Shown in pieces: positions 24,689 through 31,772 of a stretch of DNA of 32,000 nucleotides. Source of the stretch: Nostoc punctiforme PCC 73102 (GTDB taxonomy: Bacteria; Cyanobacteriota; Cyanobacteriia; Cyanobacteriales; Nostocaceae); the NCBI RefSeq assembly GCF_000020025.1, contig NC_010628.1, positions 1,860,001-1,892,000 of the forward strand, read 5' to 3'. The notes under the pieces were generated by a model. It saw only the letters and a program-made list of their open reading frames with translations. It was not told where the DNA came from and did not search any database. A program made the position numbers and the translations under genes. The number at the start of each line of letters is the position of its first letter. Within the stretch, counting starts at the first letter, position 1.

Positions 24689-25555
24689 TTAGAGGGAGTG
24701 AACCCATATTTCTGTTAAATTTACCAGGCTGGTGAGAACACAAGGATCGCAATTGCTGAAATTTCCAAGATTAAATACAGCAGAAGTCAGGGAGTTGCTT
24801 GACGATATTTTATGAAGACTATAGTATTCGATAAGAGTATTGATTTGATCTTCCAAAGCAGAGATAACTGTCTTTACATATCGATCAAGTGTAAGACGAA
24901 CTCTTTCAACTGTAATGCGAACTGCCTGTTGAGGAATAGTTCTAGCTCTGAAAAGTTGTTTCTGATTTTTGTACCAAACCAGTTCTGTTTTGCCTGCAAT
25001 GCTTCCTTGTAGTCCTGCCCCTGAACTCCCAGTAATTTTATCTACTGTCCAAGCCCAAGAAAATATATTTGGGTCAAGAGGATTAAGTGGAAACTCGCAG
25101 TAAATATACTCATAACCTTTGATAGTTTTGAGTAATATGCTTTCATAACTATTTACAACGCCTTATGCTGCCTGACTCAAAATAATCTTCTCGTTCCAAT
25201 GTTGGATAATGGCTGCTCCAAGCTCATTAGGCGAGGATTGCTCTGTTAAACCAGGAAAACCTAGCTGGATAGACTTCTTGATAATGTCTGCTCTCTGAAT
25301 TACAAATAAAAATGAACTTCCGAAGTTGAAGCTATTCAGTTGGAGAGATTTGAGTGACCAACCTGTTTTAGTCACCAAGTCAACAGCATCATAGAGAAGC
25401 TTGCTTCGTTCCAAAGCGGGGTCTGATAGAGGAATATCTTTAACATAATGAAAAATTGCTTCCCATGTGTAATCTTCTATCGACCCTATGACTGGAGATG
25501 CAATAGTCGCAATAATGGCTTGCCTTAATCTTTCAATCTCGCTGTCCGTCAACAC
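24689..25555 (-). pseudogene. 288-codon ORF of unknown function (restriction-endonuclease-like context) interrupted by a single in-frame TAA
   Basis: The track ORF 25163-25555 (130 aa) ends at TAA 25165-25163. The same frame continues for 157 stop-free codons (GVVNSYESILLKTIKGYEYIYCEFPLNPLD...LVNLTEIWVHSL*) to TAA 24691-24689. That continuation contains no ATG, GTG or TTG, so it cannot be an independent gene. Confidence 0.6.
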
Positions 25556-25784
25556 TCAGAGATTCCTCTACAGGTTGTAAAAATTCACTCATTGTCATAC
25601 CCAAAGCCTTAGTGATATGGCTAAGAACTCTAACAGATGGACTTTTTAGCCCTCGCTCAAGCTGGCTGATATAAGTCCTGTGCAGACCTGTGACTTCTGC
25701 AAGATACTCCTGTGACCAACCTTTTTCTGTACGACGACGCTGTAGTTCTAGTCCTAAAATTTGGTCTAGTTTACTGGGCTGCAT
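25533..25784 (-). CDS. XRE-family HTH protein resembling restriction-modification controller (C) proteins
   Basis: 83 aa from ATG 25784: MQPSKLDQILGLELQRRRTEKGWSQEYLAEVTGLHRTYISQLERGLKSPSVRVLSHITKALGMTMSEFL. The GxSQE..A...G..RTYIS.(I/L)ERG pattern is C-protein-like. It overlaps the downstream ORF start by 23 nt. Confidence 0.8.
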   Translation of the reverse strand: MQPSKLDQILGLELQRRRTEKGWSQEYLAEVTGLHRTYISQLERGLKSPSVRVLSHITKALGMTMSEFLQPVEESLSVDGQRD

Positions 25785-25798
25785 GAAGAAAAAGATTA

Positions 25799-25841
25799 GT
25801 ATTTTGAATACAAAAGTTCTACAGACTAAAGTATTCAAAAT
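25799..25841 (-). promoter_or_regulatory. Operator-like dyads upstream of the HTH gene
   Basis: GTATTTTGAATAC (25799-25811) is a GTATT-N3-AATAC palindrome 15 nt from the ATG. ATTTTGAATAC (25801-25811) and GTATTCAAAAT (25831-25841) form a perfect 11-bp inverted repeat 19 bp apart. Confidence 0.4.
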
Positions 25842-25998
25842 TTTTGCTCAAAATAATGAATGTGATGAATTTAAAATTTCATATATTGAATAAGTCTTTT
25901 TTGGCGGAATTCACCAAAAAATTCTATGTAAAGCGGATAATTCCTGATGTGAGAGGTAAAACCTGATTTATACAAATGTAAATCACAGGAAAATTACT

Positions 25999-26040
25999 GT
26001 AACTAACTATACTAAATTGCGGAGAATAAACCGTTAACTT
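25999..26040 (+). promoter_or_regulatory. NtcA-activated (class II type) promoter candidate for ntcB
   Basis: GTAACTAACTATAC is a GTA-N8-TAC box at 25999-26012. Exactly 22 nt later comes TAACTT (TAN3T) at 26035-26040. The ATG at 26077 lies about 30 nt after the predicted start site. Confidence 0.6.
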
Positions 26041-26076
26041 AGTGAAAGCTATAAATGTAATTCAGGCTACATAAAA

Positions 26077-27024
26077 ATGCGCCTAGAGCAGTTGCAAGCC
26101 TTTCTAGCGATCGCACAAACCGGCAGCTTTCAACAAGCAGCGCGAACATCTGGTGTTACCCAATCGACGATTAGCCGCCAAATCCAGGCATTAGAAGCAG
26201 ATTTGGGTGTAGAACTTTTTCATAGAACTACTCACGCCAAATTAACGCTGGGAGGTGAATGTTTACTACCCCGTGTCCGCAAAATTTGCCAAGAATGGGA
26301 GACAGCTACACAAGAATTAGCTGATTTAATCGCTGGAAAGCAACCAGAACTTTGCATTGCCGTGATTCACTCATTATGTGGATCTTACTTACCACCAGTG
26401 TTGCAAAAATTCTGTCATGCTTATCCAGATGTGCAATTGCGGGTGACTTCATTAGGAAGCGATCGCGCCCTGAAAGTCCTCAAAGATGGATTGGTAGATT
26501 TAGCAATTGTGATGAATAATCGCTTTTTAACCACTGCTAGGGAAATGGTGGTAGAAGTACTTTATGATGAACCAATAGAAGTTCTCACCGCAGCTAATCA
26601 TCCCCTGGCACAATATGAATGTGTCCCTTGGTCGGAGCTAATTCTTTATCCCCAAGTGGTTTTTAAAGATGGTTATGGGATGCAGCGCTTAATACAAGAT
26701 AGATTTGAGCGAATGGAAGCTACACTTCAGGCAGCTTTAGAGGTAAATACCCTAGATGCCTTTCGGGGAGTGGTGCGCCAAGGAGAATTAATCGCTTTGC
26801 TACCTCAATCAGCATTACTGGAAGCACGTCTTGACCCTACTTTAGCGGTTCGTTCCTTAGAGAACAATAATATTAGTGGTTTAACAGATGGTTCAAGTTT
26901 GACTCGGCGGGTAGTTATGGTAACAACTCAAGATCGACTACAAATTCCCCCCATTAAGTACTTTTGGCAACTCGTGCGGGAAAATATCCCATTACAAATT
27001 GACCAGCAGCGATCGGCTTCTTGA
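26077..27024 (+). CDS. ntcB: LysR-type transcriptional activator of nitrate assimilation
   Basis: 315 aa with an N-terminal LysR HTH (MRLEQLQAFLAIAQTGSFQQAARTSGVTQSTISRQIQALEADLGVELFHR) and an effector-binding domain. It sits between the nirB-like and cnaT-like genes and has an NtcA-type promoter, as described for ntcB in Anabaena. Confidence 0.8.
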   Translation: MRLEQLQAFLAIAQTGSFQQAARTSGVTQSTISRQIQALEADLGVELFHRTTHAKLTLGGECLLPRVRKICQEWETATQELADLIAGKQPELCIAVIHSLCGSYLPPVLQKFCHAYPDVQLRVTSLGSDRALKVLKDGLVDLAIVMNNRFLTTAREMVVEVLYDEPIEVLTAANHPLAQYECVPWSELILYPQVVFKDGYGMQRLIQDRFERMEATLQAALEVNTLDAFRGVVRQGELIALLPQSALLEARLDPTLAVRSLENNNISGLTDGSSLTRRVVMVTTQDRLQIPPIKYFWQLVRENIPLQIDQQRSAS

Positions 27025-27026
27025 GT

Positions 27027-27110
27027 GTCATTAGTCATTGGTCATTAGTCATTTTCAGAAAGGACAATGGACAAATGACAGTAGACAAAGGACAAAGGAC
27101 AAAGGACAAA
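27027..27110. repeat. Two heptameric STRR-type tandem arrays in the ntcB-cnaT spacer
   Basis: GTCATTA GTCATTG GTCATTA GTCATTT occupies 27027-27054. Seven units GGACAAT GGACAAA TGACAGT AGACAAA GGACAAA GGACAAA GGACAAA occupy 27062-27110. The final A is the first base of the cnaT ATG. Confidence 0.75.
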
Positions 27111-28183
27111 TGAGCAATGTATTTAGGGAATTACTGAAAAAAGTAGGTAGCGGAAACCACACAGGCGAAAACTTAACTCGCGTCGAAGCAGCCAGCGCCA
27201 CTAAAATGATGCTGCTGGGTGAAGCTACACCAGCCCAAATCGGAGCGTTTTTGATTGCTCATCGAATCAAGCGTCCTACGGGGGAAGAGTTAGCGGGAAT
27301 GTTGGATGCTTATGATGAACTGGGGCCAAAGCTACAACCATTCGACTCTGGACGACCAGCGATCGCTCTTGGCATTCCTTATGATGGCAGAACCCGTACA
27401 GCACCAATTAGTCCAGTAACAGCTTTACTACTCGCCGCAGTTGGACAACCAGTGATAATGCACGGAGGCGATCGCCTGCCAACAAAGTACGGCTTACCCT
27501 TGATCGATATTTGGCAAGGTTTAGGAGTCGATTGGACTAACCTACCACTGGCAAAAACCCAGCAAGTCTTTGAGCAAACGGGAATCGGCTTTATTTATCT
27601 GCCTCAGCATTTTCCCTTAACTAACAGTATTTGGGAGTACCGCGACCAACTTGGCAAACGTCCACCCTTGGCGACAATGGAGCTAATTTGGTGTCCTTAT
27701 GTTGGGGATGCTCACGTCATTGCTGGATTTGTGCATCCGCCGACAGAAGGGATGTTTAAGATAGCTCTAGGGCTGCGGGAAGTAACGAAATTTACATTAG
27801 TCAAAGGATTGGAAGGTAGTTGCGACTTACCGCGCGATCGCACTGCAATTATCAGCTTATCTTCATCCTTAGCATCCCAAGAGGTAGAAAGATTGCACCT
27901 CGTACCCCGTGATTACGGCTTTACTACCAAGAACGTACCCCTTGGAACTACTGAAGAATTGGTGGCAGATATTCAGGATGTTTTAGCAGGTAAACCAGGT
28001 GAACTAATGCAAACAGCCTTGTGGAATGGTGGATTTTACTTATGGCGGAGTGGTATTTGTTCAGATATGCCAGAGGGTTTAGCTAAAGCAGAAGAATTGT
28101 TAACCAATGGTGCAGTAGCAGCTAAACTCCAGGAACTCAGCCAGTCAGTAAATTCCCTCTCAACAGCATTTATACCAGTGTAA
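27110..28183 (+). CDS. cnaT: TrpD-like (glycosyltransferase family 3) protein, CnaT-type nitrate-assimilation factor
   Basis: 357 aa from ATG 27110 (MSNVFRELLKKVGSG). The track's GTG 27038 start simply translates the heptamer arrays. The layout is anthranilate-phosphoribosyltransferase-like (GEATPAQIGAFLIAHRIKRPTGEELAGMLDA, GIPYDGRTRT, HGGDRLPTKYG). It lies directly downstream of ntcB, like cnaT (all0601) in Anabaena. Confidence 0.75.
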   Translation: MSNVFRELLKKVGSGNHTGENLTRVEAASATKMMLLGEATPAQIGAFLIAHRIKRPTGEELAGMLDAYDELGPKLQPFDSGRPAIALGIPYDGRTRTAPISPVTALLLAAVGQPVIMHGGDRLPTKYGLPLIDIWQGLGVDWTNLPLAKTQQVFEQTGIGFIYLPQHFPLTNSIWEYRDQLGKRPPLATMELIWCPYVGDAHVIAGFVHPPTEGMFKIALGLREVTKFTLVKGLEGSCDLPRDRTAIISLSSSLASQEVERLHLVPRDYGFTTKNVPLGTTEELVADIQDVLAGKPGELMQTALWNGGFYLWRSGICSDMPEGLAKAEELLTNGAVAAKLQELSQSVNSLSTAFIPV

Positions 28184-28185
28184 TT

Positions 28186-28281
28186 AATTACGAATTACGA
28201 ACTTGTACTGTGCGTAGTCGTAAAGCCTGCAGCATAGCTACGCTTAGGGCGCAGCCTCTCGTAGAGAAGTATTACGAATTA
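28186..28281. repeat. SDR-like element (copy B, 28202-28270) inserted into an ATTACGA heptamer array
   Basis: AATTACG AATTACG (28186-28199) lies on the left and ATTACGAATTA (28271-28281) on the right of a 69-nt insert. The insert core (28232-28269) is the reverse complement of 14545-14582 with one mismatch. The element sits between the convergent cnaT and LCP stops. Confidence 0.6.
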
Positions 28282-29709
28282 TTTACTCAGCGACTTCTCC
28301 AAAATAGATTTTTGTTGCAACCAATCTTGACCTACTTGAATACTGACATCCGAGCCAAGGTTGCCAGTACTTTCCACACGCACTTCGCCAAATCCCAAAG
28401 TTTCACGAATTGATTCGGCGCTGTCACCATCTCCTTGCTGGGCGACAATATGAGTTACCTCTAAAGGTTCACCCCATGCTTTAGCTATATAAATATTGCG
28501 ATATCCAGATTTTTCCAAGGCTCTAATTAATGGTTGGAGATTAGAGCGATCGCCACCTGTACTATCTTGAATTGCTACACGTAAAGAACGTGGATTAGTC
28601 GCCTGCTGTTCCTGATCTGATTCCAAGCCAAAATGTTGAGCCATCAGTTTAGCAATACCATCTTTACTGGGCAACCAATAGCTAGCATCAAACTCATTTT
28701 TTTCGCTAAAGCGGCCTGGCAGCATTAACATTTGCATATTAGAGCGATTTGTCCGCACGCCAAAACCCATTAGCGCCACTAACTCTTCAACCGTCAAATT
28801 AGTATCGATGTGGTCTTTAACTACATCCAGAACTTTAGGTAATTGAGCAACAGTAGCTGGGTTGAGTGTTTGATCCATCAAGGCCCGAATGACCATTTGC
28901 TGGCGTTGAATCCGACCAATATCACCGAGTTCGTCATGGCGAAACCGCAGTAATTGCAATGCCTGCTCGCCGTTTAAATGCTGCTTACCCGCCTTCAAAT
29001 TGATGTACAAATGTTGAGAATCATCTTGATACTTCATATTTTTGGGGACATAAACTGTTACGCCACCCAAAGCATCAATTAGCTTGGCAACTCCTAAAAC
29101 GTTAATTCGGATATAGCGATCAATTCCTGCCCCACCCAAGAGATTACTGACGGTTCTGGCAGTCAAAGCTGGCCCACCTTCGACATTAGCAGAATTAATT
29201 TTTTTCACTCCATACCCCTCTATTTCTGTGCGGGTATCTCTGGGAATGGAGAGCATGATTATTTTTTTCGTCTCTGGATCAAATTTGAGTAAGAGCATTA
29301 CATCCGAAAGACCATCAAAGGAGTTTACCTGGGGCAGGTATTTGAGGTTTTTGGTGTCTTGGGGAGGGTTTTGGACATCTGGGGGAAGTACGCTCATCCC
29401 CATAACTAAGAGATTCACAGGGCGAGTTAATTGTGAAAATCGCATCACACCCCCAGAAATGCGATCGCCATCAAAGGCCGCCTCCTCCTGTGGACTTAGC
29501 TGGGCTTGCTGCAAAGGTGTACTGGTTAAAGACACCGCCAAAAGTGCCCCTGCTGTTGCTGACACCATTGCAATCCCACTCATCCCTACCCAAAACCACA
29601 GCCAACGTCCAGATTTCGAGTTCTGAGGAATTTTTTTATTGGACTTTGAGGCTTTTCCCGACTGGTTTTCTTCCGCCGAACTTCTTTGAATGGTCACAGA
29701 CTTCCTCAC
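28279..29709 (-). CDS. LytR-CpsA-Psr (LCP) family cell-envelope protein
   Basis: 476 aa. A basic N-terminus and one TM helix (WLWFWVGMSGIAMVSATAGALLAVSL) precede the LCP core (DVMLLLKFDP..IIMLSIPRDT..KINSA...GGP.L..RTV..LLG..IDRYIRINV.G...LIDALGGV.V, ALQLLRFRH...GDIGRIQRQQ). A LytR_C-like C-terminal domain follows. Confidence 0.9.
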   Translation of the reverse strand: MRKSVTIQRSSAEENQSGKASKSNKKIPQNSKSGRWLWFWVGMSGIAMVSATAGALLAVSLTSTPLQQAQLSPQEEAAFDGDRISGGVMRFSQLTRPVNLLVMGMSVLPPDVQNPPQDTKNLKYLPQVNSFDGLSDVMLLLKFDPETKKIIMLSIPRDTRTEIEGYGVKKINSANVEGGPALTARTVSNLLGGAGIDRYIRINVLGVAKLIDALGGVTVYVPKNMKYQDDSQHLYINLKAGKQHLNGEQALQLLRFRHDELGDIGRIQRQQMVIRALMDQTLNPATVAQLPKVLDVVKDHIDTNLTVEELVALMGFGVRTNRSNMQMLMLPGRFSEKNEFDASYWLPSKDGIAKLMAQHFGLESDQEQQATNPRSLRVAIQDSTGGDRSNLQPLIRALEKSGYRNIYIAKAWGEPLEVTHIVAQQGDGDSAESIRETLGFGEVRVESTGNLGSDVSIQVGQDWLQQKSILEKSLSK

Positions 29710-29983
29710 ACTTACTCAATAATTAAATTTGGTAAATTTGCAGACTAAAAATATCCAAACAAATCAACCCATAATAGCTAACTCTTAATTATCAGTGCTA
29801 ACTTTTTTAATGTAGTGTCAACCACAACACTTATAGCAGCATTTTTCCTGCTTTTGGGCCAACCTAGAGATGTTTTACTGAAGTATGGCAATAATAAACT
29901 GGATTTGACTAGATATATAGAGAAATCAACCATAATTTTTTAGGAAATAGGTAAAACTACTGAAAAATTTTCGTCCTAAAAAA

Positions 29984-30346
29984 TTAAGATAAGTACTTAC
30001 CAAACACTCGTTCTGCTAAAGTACTAAAGCCTGGTAAACGTCCAGATTTGCCCTGCATTAAGCGCAAAATCAACCAGATAGTCACTATAAAATAACCCGA
30101 CGTGAGAAAACTATTCAGGATAAATAGACGTAGCGAAAAAAAATCTGAAGTTGTGGCTCCGGTACTTAATAATAAATATCCCAACAGCCAAGTAAGTGCC
30201 AAAGTGATAGACAGACGGCTAACAGCAAGTTGTTCCCGGCTGGCCTGTCCCCGATAGAGAGTCCACAAAGATGGAAAAAAGCCGATAATCGGAATCAAAT
30301 ATAAAAGCAACTGGGTTTTGGGGATTGGGCATGGGGCATTGGGCAT
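29984..30346 (-). CDS. Small integral membrane protein of unknown function (start uncertain)
   Basis: Three hydrophobic helices are present (LLLYLIPIIGFFPSLW, ITLALTWLLGYLLLS, FLTSGYFIVTIWLILRL). The only internal ATG (30346) lies inside a TGGGCAT heptamer repeat. The track start at 30571 is 10 nt from the divergent gene and would translate repeat DNA. Confidence 0.5.
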   Translation of the reverse strand: MPNAPCPIPKTQLLLYLIPIIGFFPSLWTLYRGQASREQLAVSRLSITLALTWLLGYLLLSTGATTSDFFSLRLFILNSFLTSGYFIVTIWLILRLMQGKSGRLPGFSTLAERVFGKYLS

Positions 30347-30408
30347 CCCTTCGGCTTCTCCTAACGGAGACGCTGCGCGAACGCTCAGGGCAAGTGGGCA
30401 TTGGGCAT
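30320..30408. repeat. TGGGCAT-type heptamer array split by a ~45-nt SDR-like insert
   Basis: GGGGATT GGGCATG GGGCATT GGGCAT occupies 30320-30346. The insert is CCCTTCGGCTTCTCCTAACGGAGACGCTGCGCGAACGCTCAGGG. After it come GTGGGCATTGGGCATT (30393-30408). ACGCTGCGCGAACGC resembles ACGCTCTGCGAACGC in copy A at about 14598-14612. Confidence 0.6.
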
Positions 30409-30581
30409 TATTATTCTCCACCTGCTCCCCTGCTCTCCACTCCCTGTCCTCTTTTGATTCAAAATTTTTCATTGGGGTTAGTATAACTCCTAAACTAGAA
30501 GGATGAATAAGACTCATATAGTTAGAGATAATAAGCTGTAAAGAAAGATTTAACTTAGTTCTATCCCGCAATTAGCTCAAA

Positions 30582-31748
30582 ATGCAGACACGCAAGCTAC
30601 TCGACTGGTGGCAAACATTCACACCAATAGCGCGAATCGGGGCGATCGCGTTATTCGTTCCACTGCTAGTTCTAAATGGTTGGGCACTTTCGGTATTTTT
30701 TAATTATTTCCATTCTCTCATAGTCATTTTAGTCGGAGCCTCAGTTTTAGCATTTCTGCTCAACTACCCCGTGAGTTGGATGGAACATCATGGTGCTAAA
30801 CGAGAGCAAGTTGCTATCCTAGTATTTCTCTTGGCTTTATCGATTTTATTGGCGTTGGGTGTGACGCTTGTTCCGTTAGCCCTTACCCAAGCTCAACAAC
30901 TGGTGGCTCGGTTGCCAGAGTTGATCGACTCTGGACGCTCTCAGCTAATGATATTAAACGAAAAAGCAGAAACTTTTGGCTTACCGATTAACCTCGATGC
31001 TCTGGTAGTACAAATCAACGATCGCGTCAAAGGACAATTACAAGCGATCGCTGGACAAGTTTTAAATCTGGCGGTAGTTACAGTCACTAGTCTGCTAGAT
31101 ATCCTCTTGACGATGGTTTTGACTTTCTACCTTTTACAGCATGGGAGTGAACTCTGGGAAAGTTTAGTAGAATGGCTACCCTCTAAATTTCGCGCTCCTT
31201 TCTCCCAAACAGTCCGCCTAAGCTTTCAAAATTTCTTCATCACCCAGTTGATTTTATCTACCTGTATGGCCTCAGCCCTCATTCCTACCTTTTTGTGGCT
31301 GAAAGTACCATTTGGACTGCTATTTGGGCTAACTATTGGTCTAATGGCTCTCGTCCCCTTTGGTGGTTCTGTGGGCATTGCTCTGACTACACTATTGGTA
31401 GCACTGCAAGATTTCTCAATGGGTGTGAGAGTTTTGATAGCAGCAGTAATCGTACAGCAAATTCTCGAAAACTTAATTGCCCCGCGAATTTTAGGCAGTT
31501 TTACGGGTTTAAATCCAGTTTGGATTTTAATTTCAGTTTTAACAGGGGCAAGAATTGGCGGACTTTTGGGTGTAATTGTGGCAGTACCCACCGCTGTTGT
31601 CATTAAAACTGCTTTAAGTGCCTTGCGTCTTGCTGGCGAGACAAACGATAGCGGCACGGGGGAGGTAACTGCACCCATTGCAGCAAACGAGTCCTCGAAA
31701 GCAAACGCTAACAACACTCTGAGTATTTCTGAAGCGACATTACCTTAA
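30582..31748 (+). CDS. AI-2E family transporter (PerM/UPF0118-type permease)
   Basis: 388 aa with about 8 TM helices and the family's conserved C-terminal core (..LIPTFLWLKVPFGLLFGLTIGLMALVPFGGSVG.., ..QQILENLIAPRILG.., ..NPVWILISVLTGARIGGLLGVIVAVP). Confidence 0.9.
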   Translation: MQTRKLLDWWQTFTPIARIGAIALFVPLLVLNGWALSVFFNYFHSLIVILVGASVLAFLLNYPVSWMEHHGAKREQVAILVFLLALSILLALGVTLVPLALTQAQQLVARLPELIDSGRSQLMILNEKAETFGLPINLDALVVQINDRVKGQLQAIAGQVLNLAVVTVTSLLDILLTMVLTFYLLQHGSELWESLVEWLPSKFRAPFSQTVRLSFQNFFITQLILSTCMASALIPTFLWLKVPFGLLFGLTIGLMALVPFGGSVGIALTTLLVALQDFSMGVRVLIAAVIVQQILENLIAPRILGSFTGLNPVWILISVLTGARIGGLLGVIVAVPTAVVIKTALSALRLAGETNDSGTGEVTAPIAANESSKANANNTLSISEATLP

Positions 31749-31750
31749 GA

Positions 31751-31770
31751 AGGCAGGAGGTTTCCTGCCT
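31751..31770. terminator. Stem-loop between convergent AI-2E transporter and serpin genes
   Basis: AGGCAGGA (31751-31758), loop GGTT, TCCTGCCT (31763-31770) give a perfect 8-bp GC-rich stem. It starts 3 nt after the transporter stop and ends 3 nt before the serpin stop. There is no clear U-tract. Confidence 0.45.
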
Positions 31771-31772
31771 CC

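Noticed and set aside
24812-25012. 66-aa plus-strand ORF from the track
   Set aside because: It lies antisense to the 157-codon continuation of the interrupted minus-strand ORF. Its translation is low-complexity and shows no coding signal.
25690-25893. 67-aa plus-strand ORF from the track
   Set aside because: It is antisense to the HTH gene and its promoter region. The minus-strand HTH reading is clearly the real one.
24666-26076. A methyltransferase partner for the controller/endonuclease-like cassette
   Set aside because: No ORF with methyltransferase motifs (for example FxGxG with DPPY/NPPY, or a PC motif) was seen on either strand here or in the neighbouring genes. The cassette is therefore reported as orphan or decayed, not as a complete R-M system.
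27027-27110. Possible CRISPR array (also considered for the repeats at 22903-22926 and 30320-30408)
   Set aside because: The units are contiguous 7-nt tandem repeats without spacers, which makes them STRR-type heptamer arrays rather than CRISPR. No cas genes are present.
28210-28413. 67-aa ORF starting in the cnaT-LCP spacer
   Set aside because: It begins inside the SDR-like repeat and runs antisense into the LCP gene.
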